Below are positions 10,633 to 19,692 of a DNA stretch of 64,000 nucleotides, piece after piece. The DNA comes from an uncultured virus (IMG/VR IMGVR_UViG_3300046746_000620) (Duplodnaviria > Heunggongvirae > Uroviricota > Caudoviricetes): positions 1 to 64,000 of the IMG/VR virus record IMGVR_UViG_3300046746_000620. One strand, given 5' to 3'. The notes beneath the pieces were generated by a model. That model did not search any database and was not told the DNA's origin. It saw only the letters and a list, made by a program, of their open reading frames with translations. A program made the position numbers and the translations under genes. The stretch's first letter is position 1; every line of letters starts with the position of its first letter.

Positions 10633-11493
10633 TTAATTATCAAATACTGCGGACTTAAATTCTCCCCAGTCTAACTTATCTCTGACATTAAGATTTACCT
10701 CCCATGCAGCTTTAAGAACTGTTGGTTGTAGATCATTTTTTTCAAAAGTATCTATCAATGAGTTAATATCTTTAGGGAAGCATGTACCCCCAAAACCTTT
10801 TTGTCCATCATGCCCTGGGACTTGATAATGAGATTGCCCTATTCTTTTATCTGATAAAACTCCGTTTATAATAGGGTTCCAATCTAACCCAAGTTTTTCA
10901 ATCAAGGTATAAATTTCATTAAAGAAACTAACTTTACAAGCAAAAAAACAATTAGCTATATATTTGACCGACTCAGATTCGTCGCTCTTCATTAACATTG
11001 TTTTAATGTTAGGAAAAGCTGATTGTAATAATTTTTCAACAAGATGTCCTGTTCTTTTATTATTAGTAAATCCGACGATATGTCTGTCAGCATTAAGGAA
11101 ATCTTCTTTAGCAAATTTAGCAGTTAAGAATTCTGGACTATGAACAATATTTAGATTTGGATATTTGTCTTGCAGGTCTTTTGTTGTGCCGATTGGAACC
11201 GTAGATTTTATAATTAAAATAGGATTAGACTTCACCTTTTCTGAAACCTCTTTAAGGCAGGAATTTATAATTGATAAATTACATTCGCCACCTCTTAGGG
11301 ATCTCATTGGGGTTGGAACGCAAATAAAAACAAAATCTTGCGAAACAACTTCTTCAAGCGAATTTTTTGATAATTTTTTATTTTTGTCAAAAATTTTTAC
11401 ATTAAATTTTTGGAAACCATTGGCGATAGCGGAGCCAACAAAACCATTGCCGATTACGCCAATGTTTAATTTACTGAGATTGATTTTTTTCAA
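10633..11493 (-). CDS. UDP-glucose/GDP-mannose dehydrogenase family protein, short form lacking the C-terminal domain
   Basis: GNGFVG, FICVPTP, IKSTVPIG, SPEFL, GFGGTCFPKD. Confidence 0.85.
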   Translation of the reverse strand: MKKINLSKLNIGVIGNGFVGSAIANGFQKFNVKIFDKNKKLSKNSLEEVVSQDFVFICVPTPMRSLRGGECNLSIINSCLKEVSEKVKSNPILIIKSTVPIGTTKDLQDKYPNLNIVHSPEFLTAKFAKEDFLNADRHIVGFTNNKRTGHLVEKLLQSAFPNIKTMLMKSDESESVKYIANCFFACKVSFFNEIYTLIEKLGLDWNPIINGVLSDKRIGQSHYQVPGHDGQKGFGGTCFPKDINSLIDTFEKNDLQPTVLKAAWEVNLNVRDKLDWGEFKSAVFDN

Positions 11494-12385
11494 TCCAATC
11501 CTCCAGTTTTTGTTTGGGAATCCAGTTCAATAACTCTCTGGCTTTATTGTTATTAGCTTGAGTTTCTTTAGCTTCTCCAAGTCTAGCTGGAATATGAGTA
11601 AATTCACCCCCTATTAAATCTTTAATTTCATTAACGGAATGATTTAAACCTGTCCCAAGATTTATAAGTTCACCCACAGGCTTTTTGTTGTCGAGATTAG
11701 CTGCTAAAATATTTGCTTTAGCAATATCTTTTACATAAGTGAAATCTCTTCTCTGTGTTCCATCTCCTACAATTGTCATTAGTTCTTTGTTTGATTTTTG
11801 TCTAAGAAAAATTCCTATGACGGGAGCATATTGACCTTTCAGGGGCTGTCTTTCGCCATAGACATTGAAATATCTAAAACAAACTGTTTCTATATTAAAT
11901 AGATTTGTATACATAAAGCACAGATCTTCTCCAGCGGTTTTTGTTACAGAATAAGGATTCAAGCAATCCTTGGGCATATCTTCTCTTTGGGGAGGAGTAT
12001 TTTTTAAACCATAAGCTGCTGATGTAGAGCTGTAAATGACTCTTTTAACATTATTTATTTTTGCAGCCTGTAGTACAGAACAGGTTCCTACAACGTTTGT
12101 TTTAGCTGCTAATATTGGGTTTTCTAAAGTTGGCTGAATGCGAGCTTCCGCTGCAAGGTGGAAAATAACATCAACACCTTTACATAATGGAGAAAAGTGA
12201 TCGAAGTCGCAAACATCAACTTTAAAATTTTTTGTTTCTTTATTCCAGAAGAATTCACTATTGGCATCAGAAGACTCATTGTCGACCACAGTGACTTCAT
12301 TTCCTAAAGATAGTAGTTGATCAACAACATGAGAGCCTATAAAACCAGCTCCTCCAGTGACTAAACATTTTTTATTTTTAATCAT
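11471..12385 (-). CDS. NAD-dependent epimerase (UDP-glucose/GlcNAc 4-epimerase-like)
   Basis: TGGAGFIGSH, YSSTSAAYG, YSVTK, RYFNVYGERQ, GDGTQRRDFTYVKD. Confidence 0.9.
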   Translation of the reverse strand: MIKNKKCLVTGGAGFIGSHVVDQLLSLGNEVTVVDNESSDANSEFFWNKETKNFKVDVCDFDHFSPLCKGVDVIFHLAAEARIQPTLENPILAAKTNVVGTCSVLQAAKINNVKRVIYSSTSAAYGLKNTPPQREDMPKDCLNPYSVTKTAGEDLCFMYTNLFNIETVCFRYFNVYGERQPLKGQYAPVIGIFLRQKSNKELMTIVGDGTQRRDFTYVKDIAKANILAANLDNKKPVGELINLGTGLNHSVNEIKDLIGGEFTHIPARLGEAKETQANNNKARELLNWIPKQKLEDWIEKNQSQ

Positions 12386-12531
12386 AATAAATATTTATTA
12401 TAACTCAAGTATTTGAGAAATCAATTTTTTTTCTATATAATATATATAATATATAATATATATAATATTAAAAGATATATATATTTCTATAGATAATATA
12501 GAAAAAATTAAAAGATATATAAAATATATGA

Positions 12532-12560
12532 TTGACTTTTCGTCAACATAATGATATTAT
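12532..12560 (+). promoter_or_regulatory. Sigma70-type promoter
   Basis: TTGACT-N17-TATTAT, 11 nt before ATG 12572. Confidence 0.65.
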
Positions 12561-12571
12561 TTTAGGCTTTA

Positions 12572-12874
12572 ATGAAAAATATGTTTAGAATAATTAAGGA
12601 AGATTACTTAAATCAATATTTTGTGACATCTTCAAACTGGGAAAATACAATCCTAGCATCATCTAGTTCGGAGGCTGTATCCAGAAGTCTTGAAATAGCT
12701 TTTGATCAGCAAGGAGATAGATTATTATTATCACCAGCGATAATTGTTGTTGATATGACTAATTTTTGCTTGAATTTTTCCGAAGATCACACTAAAGTAT
12801 ACTCTACTGAATTAATACTTCACGATATAGGTAGACACGATTTAGCAAAAAAATTTAAAAAAATTATAAAATGA
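12572..12874 (+). CDS. Hypothetical protein
   Basis: ORF after a promoter; ATGA overlap with the next gene. Confidence 0.7.
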   Translation: MKNMFRIIKEDYLNQYFVTSSNWENTILASSSSEAVSRSLEIAFDQQGDRLLLSPAIIVVDMTNFCLNFSEDHTKVYSTELILHDIGRHDLAKKFKKIIK

Positions 12875-13407
12875 TTATCGGGGTTTCAGGTAATGCGAGG
12901 GCAGGAAAAGATACTTTTTGCAATCTATATAAAGAAAATAAAGATAAGAACACCAAGCGTGTAGCTTTTGCAGATGCAATTAAGGAAGAGTTAAAAAATC
13001 TTCTACTTACTAATTTTAACATAAATCCTTTAAATTGCTCAGATGAAGAAAAGGAAATCATTAGACCCCTACTAGTATCATACGGCACTGATGTAGCTAG
13101 AAAATTGAATAAAAATCATTGGATTGATAAAATCAAAGATCAACTTATATTAAATGAATCAAAGCGAATTACAACAATAATTACTGACGTAAGATATAAA
13201 AATGAGCAAGATTATATTAGAAGTTTTAAAAATTCACTACTGATACACATTAATCGAGAAGGCTTTCCTCCAATGAATATTGAAGAATCCAAAAACTCTC
13301 CAATATTAGAAAAAAATTCTGATTTTGTATTTAATTGGAAAACATTTGTTAACAACGAAGATCCACATATATATTTTAATAAATTCCTAAATGAATCAAA
13401 ATTATAA
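12871..13407 (+). CDS. Deoxynucleoside monophosphate kinase (T4 gp1-like)
   Basis: IIGVSGNARAGKDT P-loop, AFADAIK, RPLLVSYGT, ITDVRYKNE. Confidence 0.85.
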   Translation: MIIGVSGNARAGKDTFCNLYKENKDKNTKRVAFADAIKEELKNLLLTNFNINPLNCSDEEKEIIRPLLVSYGTDVARKLNKNHWIDKIKDQLILNESKRITTIITDVRYKNEQDYIRSFKNSLLIHINREGFPPMNIEESKNSPILEKNSDFVFNWKTFVNNEDPHIYFNKFLNESKL

Positions 13408-13999
13408 CAACGAAGAAGATAACAAATTAATTAATGAAATAAAAAAAGGAATTAATGCAAGTTTAAATTTCAATTTTTTACTTCAAAAACATTCTCCATT
13501 ATTTTTCAAGATAAGTAGGTTTTACTTAAATTCTCAAAAGAAAAATGTAATTTATGATTTTAATAAAGATAAAAATTTTTACTTTTATAAATTTATTTTA
13601 GATTATGATCAGACTAAAGGAACTAAATTCAGTACATATGTTGGTAATAGAGTAAAGTGGCTTTGTCTTAATATAGTTAACTCAATAAAAAAGAAGTCTA
13701 CATTAGAGTCCAGCGACTGCCCAGAAGATCTTGACTTCGTAACTGAAGGCTTAATACCTAATTCAAATATTTCAAGCCAAGATATAACTGATGTAATACA
13801 AGTATTAAAAAATGACCCAGATAGAAGAGTTTATGAAATTTTTAAGTACAGATACTTACAAGGAAAAGAAAATAATGTTATGCCATGGAAAGAGGTCTGT
13901 AAAAAAAGTGAATTAAACTTAAGTATTCAGGGTTGTATAAATATACATAATAAATTTATAAAAAAAATAAAAAATAAACAAAAAACAAAACAATACTAA
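13391..13999 (+). CDS. Phage sigma70-family sigma factor
   Basis: YDQTKGTKFSTYVGNRVKW resembles region 2.3-2.4; C-terminal IFKYRY...PWKEV...LSIQG resembles the region 4 HTH. Confidence 0.7.
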   Translation: MNQNYNNEEDNKLINEIKKGINASLNFNFLLQKHSPLFFKISRFYLNSQKKNVIYDFNKDKNFYFYKFILDYDQTKGTKFSTYVGNRVKWLCLNIVNSIKKKSTLESSDCPEDLDFVTEGLIPNSNISSQDITDVIQVLKNDPDRRVYEIFKYRYLQGKENNVMPWKEVCKKSELNLSIQGCINIHNKFIKKIKNKQKTKQY

Positions 14000-14001
14000 T
14001 C

Positions 14002-14451
14002 ATGGCTTTTTATTTAAATCAATTCCATTGCATAGGAAATTTAGTTGCCGATCCTGAAATTAAAAATGCTGGATCTACAAAAGTCTGTAAATTCAGAATT
14101 GCAGTTAATAATCCTCATAATGAATCTGCGTTATTTTTTTATGTGGATGTTTGGGGTAAAGAGGGAGAAAAATGTATGCTTCTCAAGAAAGGAGCTCAAG
14201 TCTTTATATCTAATGCTTCAATTATACCTAAGCAATACCAAAAAGACTGTAACGGAACTCCAGTCTCTTGCACAACATTCACCGTAAATGTGGACGGTTA
14301 TTGCGGTAAGGTTCAATTTGGTCCAAAAACTGAGATCCCAAGCTCCAATAAAATATCAAAAAATAAAACTAATAAAATTAACAACCCAGCAGAAACAAAA
14401 GAAAGCGATGAAGAAGATTATTCCGATTTCGAGCAAGAATTTGAGTTTTAA
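14002..14451 (+). CDS. ssb: Single-stranded DNA-binding protein
   Basis: IGNLVADPE, FRIAVN, VDVWGK, LKKGAQV, acidic C-terminus ending in F. Confidence 0.85.
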   Translation: MAFYLNQFHCIGNLVADPEIKNAGSTKVCKFRIAVNNPHNESALFFYVDVWGKEGEKCMLLKKGAQVFISNASIIPKQYQKDCNGTPVSCTTFTVNVDGYCGKVQFGPKTEIPSSNKISKNKTNKINNPAETKESDEEDYSDFEQEFEF

Positions 14452-15704
14452 TCTTTATTCGAGGTTTTTCTCCAGTCCATAATCTCTTCTATTCTTTGAG
14501 GAAAAACTTTCTTTTTTTTCTCTTTTTTGTTTTCTTTTGAAAGATTTAAAACATCCAATTTATTCTCTGGGTTTTTAATGTCTGTAGTTCCAGCAGTTTC
14601 TTCGTTTATTTTATTCTTTAATTTTTTGTATGTTTTATTGACTCTTTCCTTGCTATTAATAAAAGATATTTGAGCCGCTAAAACTAATAAAATAGCCAAA
14701 GGATCAAACACTAACATAATAATAATTATTATTACACGAACAGCTTGATCGGGAGATAGAGAAACAAATCCAGAATCATTTAAAGCTTCTAGAAAATATT
14801 TCAATGGCCCTATTTCGGTTTCCATTCGCCTAATGGTTTCCCCTAAATTGTTTTTTTCTTTTTTAAGTGAATCTATTCTTTCGAAGCTTGATCTTATATA
14901 TTCATTGCATTCTTCTATTTCTTTTTGTTTTATATCTAAATTATTGTCTTTCAGTCGGATATTTTCTATAAATTGATTTATCCTAGAATACTCTTTGTTA
15001 TAATTTTCTCTATAGATTTTTATATTTTCATTATAAATATTTATTTTATTTTTAATTTCTTGTCTCTGTCCCTCTTGCTTTACTCTTAACTCCTCCAATA
15101 ACTTTTTTTTGTTAGAAAATAATCCGACCTTTTTACTTTCCAACTCTTTTATTTCAATGTCTAAAACTTCTTTAGATTTCTCTAGTCTGTTAATTCTTTC
15201 AATTTCTATCTCAATATCATCTTTTAATTTTTTTGAAAGAGCATCTATTCTTGATTGTTCCCTATCTATCTCTTTTTGCTGAATATCTATTCCCACAACT
15301 TCCTTTTTTTCTAATTTTTCTATTTGATTTTTGTATTGATTTATTGAATTTTGCTCGTATTCAATTTGAACATTTAAGTTATCAATTAATGATAATTCTT
15401 GATTAGCTTGACTTTTGTGTTCTATATGCGATTTACTTAAAAATCCAAATATACCTAAGCTGGTTATGCTCATTAAAACAAAAACAGCAAAACTGAAATA
15501 CAATTTCATTAAAAATTTTGTTTTTGCCCAATTCTTATGCAACCATAACACGGTTACCAACTTACCAACCTCAAGGGCTGCTCCCATTATAATTACCGAA
15601 TATTTAGAGCCTGGAAATATTGTCGATAAACCAAGTATACTAAAATAGCCACCTATAATAGATATAGATAATGCAGATAAAATAGTTAAAAAAAATATTT
15701 TCAT
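14448..15704 (-). CDS. Membrane-anchored coiled-coil protein (phage hypothetical)
   Basis: Three N-terminal hydrophobic helices, a long coiled coil, then a TM segment IIIIIMLVFDPLAILLV. Confidence 0.7.
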   Translation of the reverse strand: MKIFFLTILSALSISIIGGYFSILGLSTIFPGSKYSVIIMGAALEVGKLVTVLWLHKNWAKTKFLMKLYFSFAVFVLMSITSLGIFGFLSKSHIEHKSQANQELSLIDNLNVQIEYEQNSINQYKNQIEKLEKKEVVGIDIQQKEIDREQSRIDALSKKLKDDIEIEIERINRLEKSKEVLDIEIKELESKKVGLFSNKKKLLEELRVKQEGQRQEIKNKINIYNENIKIYRENYNKEYSRINQFIENIRLKDNNLDIKQKEIEECNEYIRSSFERIDSLKKEKNNLGETIRRMETEIGPLKYFLEALNDSGFVSLSPDQAVRVIIIIIMLVFDPLAILLVLAAQISFINSKERVNKTYKKLKNKINEETAGTTDIKNPENKLDVLNLSKENKKEKKKKVFPQRIEEIMDWRKTSNKD

Positions 15705-15761
15705 ACTCTGTTGTTACACTTTTTCTTGATTTTTATATGTTTATATGTTACTATAATTCTA

Positions 15762-16151
15762 ATGCCTTCTTATATATATAAACATCCTGAAGAAGAAAAA
15801 TATGTTGAAGTAATTCAATCAATGAACGAAGAGCATATATATTTTGACGAATCTGGCTTGCAATGGCAAAGAGTTTGGACCAATCCTCAGTTAAACACCG
15901 AATCAAATATAGATCCTTTTAGTAATGTAGGTTTTATAGAAAAGACTGGAAAAATGAAAGGGTCCTATGGCGACATGATGGACTATTCAAAAGAGCTTTC
16001 TGAAAAAAGAAAATCTATACACGGAGGCATTGATCCTGTTCAGCAAAAATATTTTAAAGATTACTCCGCCAAAAGAAATGGAGCAAAACATGTCCACGAA
16101 CTAAAGCAAGGAAAGTTTGAAAATAAAAATTTTAAAATATCATATGACTAA
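15762..16151 (+). CDS. Hypothetical protein with FmdB-like N-terminus (MPSYIY) lacking Cys
   Basis: Start reassigned to ATG 15762, preceded by TTGATT-N17-TACTAT-N7. Confidence 0.6.
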   Translation: MPSYIYKHPEEEKYVEVIQSMNEEHIYFDESGLQWQRVWTNPQLNTESNIDPFSNVGFIEKTGKMKGSYGDMMDYSKELSEKRKSIHGGIDPVQQKYFKDYSAKRNGAKHVHELKQGKFENKNFKISYD

Positions 16152-16684
16152 TGAGTATATCAATATACAAACCTAATTCAAAAAATACAGGGTGCGCTTT
16201 TAGTTTTCGTTATGGAATTCAAAAAAATGGCGAACCTTGTTTATTTGTTAATTCTATAAAGCAGTATAGCTGGGATGATTCATCAAAGACTGGAAACTTT
16301 TCATCGAATGCTAATGACCCATCCAAAAACTTATCTTTAAAGTTTAATGAATTTGAATGTGGTTCAATTATCAGTGCTTTAGTAAATCGTTATGAGTATA
16401 ACACATTCCATAACTACGAACAAAACAAAACCACCATAAAATTTTCGCCATGGGATAAAGAAATAAAAGTAAGTTCCTTAGACTCAAAAACTAAAAAGTT
16501 CATAGAGAAAAAACAAATACTACCTGCTTTTGGCATATCTATTACCCGTAACGGCTCTGATACTTTTAAAATTCCTATAGAACCTGGTGAAGTTGAAGTT
16601 ATTCGCTGTTTTATAGAGTCTATTATAAATAAAATAATTAATTTCAGAATTAAATCTCAAATAGATAATTTAAAAAAAGCTTGA
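16151..16684 (+). CDS. Hypothetical protein
   Basis: ORF coupled by a TAATG overlap. Confidence 0.7.
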   Translation: MSISIYKPNSKNTGCAFSFRYGIQKNGEPCLFVNSIKQYSWDDSSKTGNFSSNANDPSKNLSLKFNEFECGSIISALVNRYEYNTFHNYEQNKTTIKFSPWDKEIKVSSLDSKTKKFIEKKQILPAFGISITRNGSDTFKIPIEPGEVEVIRCFIESIINKIINFRIKSQIDNLKKA

Positions 16685-16709
16685 CTTTCTTTAGATTTTT
16701 TTCTATAAT
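16681..16709 (+). promoter_or_regulatory. Sigma70 promoter, leaderless geometry
   Basis: TTGACT-N17-TATAAT-N6-ATG(16716). Confidence 0.75.
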
Positions 16710-16715
16710 CACTGC

Positions 16716-17489
16716 ATGACTAAATCAAAAGCTTCCCTGCCTGATAACTCCTTTGGCCCTAAAAGCTTCGAAAGAGATGAAAATGGGCTTTTAAAAAATG
16801 TTCAATATACATTCAATGAAGACGGCTCTATCGACTGGAGAGCCATGGTAAGAGAAGAGCATTTATTTCCAAACAAAGCTTGGTTTGAAAGATTTAATAA
16901 ACCAATGCCAAAATCTATTAATGGATTAAAAGATCATCAATTATTAATAAAACTTTCTGGGATAAAAGAGTTAGCTAGATTAAGAGGTTTTAATTCTGTT
17001 TCCTATGAAACGGTTGCGTGCAATCATGACCATGTAGCAGTTAAATGTAAGATATCATTTATTGAAAACTACGAGACAAAAGAAATTGTTACATACGAAG
17101 ACATGGCAAATGCAACAATAAATAACTGTAGTAGTTTTGCTGTAAAGTTTTTAGAAACTATTGCATGTAACAGAGCTTTTGTTAGAGCTGTTAGAAATTT
17201 TTTAAATGTCCATATTGTAGGTTTAGATGAAATGGATACATCTGAATCCAGCCAACAAAACAAAGCAGACCAACCCTCTTCACTTAATTCTTTCTCCATA
17301 CATTCAACTCTTGAAAAAGCAGCTAAAACCTCTTTAAACTGTAATGATTTTGATTGCTTTAAAGAATTTTTAGTTGATCTTAAAAATTCTAACGAATATA
17401 TTAATAGCGATGCTCCAAATTGGAAAAGCTATACAGATATACCATCAAAAGAAGCTAGAATACTTTTGAAAATTTTAAAAAGTAATTAA
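16716..17489 (+). CDS. Hypothetical protein, possible Rad52/Sak-like annealing protein
   Basis: IKLSGIKELA...VAVKC...ANAT...IACNRAFVRAVRNFL resembles the Rad52-like fold pattern; weak. Confidence 0.4.
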   Translation: MTKSKASLPDNSFGPKSFERDENGLLKNVQYTFNEDGSIDWRAMVREEHLFPNKAWFERFNKPMPKSINGLKDHQLLIKLSGIKELARLRGFNSVSYETVACNHDHVAVKCKISFIENYETKEIVTYEDMANATINNCSSFAVKFLETIACNRAFVRAVRNFLNVHIVGLDEMDTSESSQQNKADQPSSLNSFSIHSTLEKAAKTSLNCNDFDCFKEFLVDLKNSNEYINSDAPNWKSYTDIPSKEARILLKILKSN

Positions 17490-17836
17490 ATATATTTTTT
17501 GATTAAGAAATATACTAAAACAGGATATGTAAAAAAAGAAACTATTGGTAAATAAACTGGACCGTTTAAATAATAACATAAAATTCCAGAAAAAATAGCT
17601 CCAACCCAATGACAAAAGCAAATAGGGCAAGTTAGCAACTCTCCTAAAATTCCCCAATTTTTATATACATATTCCTCAAAATCTGTCGGGGTATATATCA
17701 TTACTTTTCTTCTTCTCAAGCATAACCAAATCTTTAAAAATTTACATTTCAATGTCGTTGTTTGCCATGTGAAAATCCAATTTAAGGTTGCTATAAAACC
17801 TAATATGTATATTTCTATAAATAATAAATTAATCAT
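17486..17836 (-). CDS. Small membrane protein (DUF1360-like)
   Basis: GELLTCPICFCHWVG motif with hydrophobic helices. Confidence 0.55.
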   Translation of the reverse strand: MINLLFIEIYILGFIATLNWIFTWQTTTLKCKFLKIWLCLRRRKVMIYTPTDFEEYVYKNWGILGELLTCPICFCHWVGAIFSGILCYYLNGPVYLPIVSFFTYPVLVYFLIKKYI

Positions 17837-17868
17837 AATAATATTATGTATTATAAATGTATTCTTTT

Positions 17869-19410
17869 TTATTTCCAGTGTAATATTCCAGAGAATATAC
17901 CGTAACCTTTATGTAAAACTCCTTTAGTCATTGCGTTTGGAGTTTTTGATAACATTGGATTATAATATCCAGGCCCCTTACCTGCTAAATTAAACTGAAC
18001 AGAGTCTGCTACGAATGTTTGACCACAACCAACAGCTACTGGACCACAAGCTAATGTATACTCTGGATTAATATCGAAATCTGCACTTCCACCAATTCTA
18101 GGCTTCCAAGATTTACAATCTAATTCCTGATTAAAAATATTAGTTATTTCCCACTGATCTGCGCCGCTTAAAGTCAAACCTACTACCCCCGCATTCCATA
18201 AACTAACAACTATCCCCCCTTCTCCAGCACCAACTCCAGTAGGAAAAGCTCCTATAGTTTCTGTTGAAAAACTTCTATTAACTGAACAAGTTTGATCTAC
18301 AGCTCTAGTAGCTGGATTCACAAGATTAACTTGCTTTGCAGCATATGCCCCGCTATAAAATGTAAAATTAGTGAAATCGAAACAAGAAACAGAATCATCT
18401 ATGCAAAAATTTTGAGAAGTGTTGAATGTTTTAATTGATGATGAATTTTTAAATAGCGATCCGCTATACCCATTGGTTGCAGTAGTAAAATAACAATCAT
18501 CTTTATAAAAATCTATTGCAGTGCAGACCCCACCTCCAAAATCTTCTTTAGAAAAATTTACTTGACCTGATGAATTTTCCTGAACTTCTATTTTGAATGC
18601 TCCTGAGTCTGTAGCTACATAACAAATATAATTTTCTCTATCACTTGCCATATCTGTAACATTTCCGCACGGTATAGTCTTTACTAGGCTCGAATTTAAA
18701 TCTGATCCTTGACTTATTTTCACCATATCATAAATTAACACTCCTTTTCCAGTCTTTGAGCCAGGAAAATTTGTTCCCAATTCAGGCTGATATAGTTCTT
18801 TTTCAAAATCATTAGCTGGTTCGGGTGGCGGAGTGTATCCGCATGTACCAACTAATATATATTGACCAATTACTCCAACCCTGTAAGCTATTGCTCCAAC
18901 ATTTTGAAGTAATGTACTATCATCTCCAGTTATTATATCATAAAACCCTACTCCCGCTTCCCCCATAGCATAAACAATAGTTTCTTGATGAAAAAATTCT
19001 GCCCCATAAATTCCATTAAAATCATCAAACCCATACCTCATGCCTTTTTCGTCCCCTCCCCAAAATTGCCCTAAACTTTTTAAAGCTCCGTCAAAAATCT
19101 GATCTTCACCTGATCCATGTCCTCCACCAATGGTTGCTTTATGACTCATCGATCCTTCTTCTATTTTGTACAAAAAACCTCCAGATGATCCGCATGAAGC
19201 TATTAAATGTTTTCCGTCCGATTTTAGGTCGTAAATAAAATTAGCATTTAAACTGCCTGAAGACTGTAAATCGTCATTCACCCTACTAGCGAAACTTGGT
19301 GAATTTAAATAAGGTTGTGTTGAGGAAGCTGGGCTACCTAAATAATTTACAGCTCCACCTGTTACCCCATGTTTTTTACAAACACTACTACAGCAACACC
19401 CTAAAGTCAT
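17869..19410 (-). CDS. Putative tail-associated beta-rich protein
   Basis: Gly/aromatic beta-strand-rich ORF at the end of the tail operon. Confidence 0.5.
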   Translation of the reverse strand: MTLGCCCSSVCKKHGVTGGAVNYLGSPASSTQPYLNSPSFASRVNDDLQSSGSLNANFIYDLKSDGKHLIASCGSSGGFLYKIEEGSMSHKATIGGGHGSGEDQIFDGALKSLGQFWGGDEKGMRYGFDDFNGIYGAEFFHQETIVYAMGEAGVGFYDIITGDDSTLLQNVGAIAYRVGVIGQYILVGTCGYTPPPEPANDFEKELYQPELGTNFPGSKTGKGVLIYDMVKISQGSDLNSSLVKTIPCGNVTDMASDRENYICYVATDSGAFKIEVQENSSGQVNFSKEDFGGGVCTAIDFYKDDCYFTTATNGYSGSLFKNSSSIKTFNTSQNFCIDDSVSCFDFTNFTFYSGAYAAKQVNLVNPATRAVDQTCSVNRSFSTETIGAFPTGVGAGEGGIVVSLWNAGVVGLTLSGADQWEITNIFNQELDCKSWKPRIGGSADFDINPEYTLACGPVAVGCGQTFVADSVQFNLAGKGPGYYNPMLSKTPNAMTKGVLHKGYGIFSGILHWK

Positions 19411-19691
19411 TACTCATTATTTTCTTGTTCTGCGACAGCTTCTGATGCAAGCACAACTATATTGTATTTATTTCCGCTATCATCACAATATTTTACTTTT
19501 CTAAATTTCATTGTTAGATCTTTATCTTCTGTGTCAGATTGCTTAAATTCAATATCTACAATTTGATCAGATCTTGCATCAAAATTTATATAATCTTCAT
19601 GTGAAGACTCCATACCAAGTACGTAATTAGCGGCTCCACCTTTTTCCGATATGGATACATAATAACCCGCACTTGAACTCATTGGTTGCAT
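19410..19691 (-). CDS. Hypothetical protein in tail operon
   Basis: Coupled ORF. Confidence 0.6.
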   Translation of the reverse strand: MQPMSSSAGYYVSISEKGGAANYVLGMESSHEDYINFDARSDQIVDIEFKQSDTEDKDLTMKFRKVKYCDDSGNKYNIVVLASEAVAEQENNE

Positions 19692-19692
19692 A

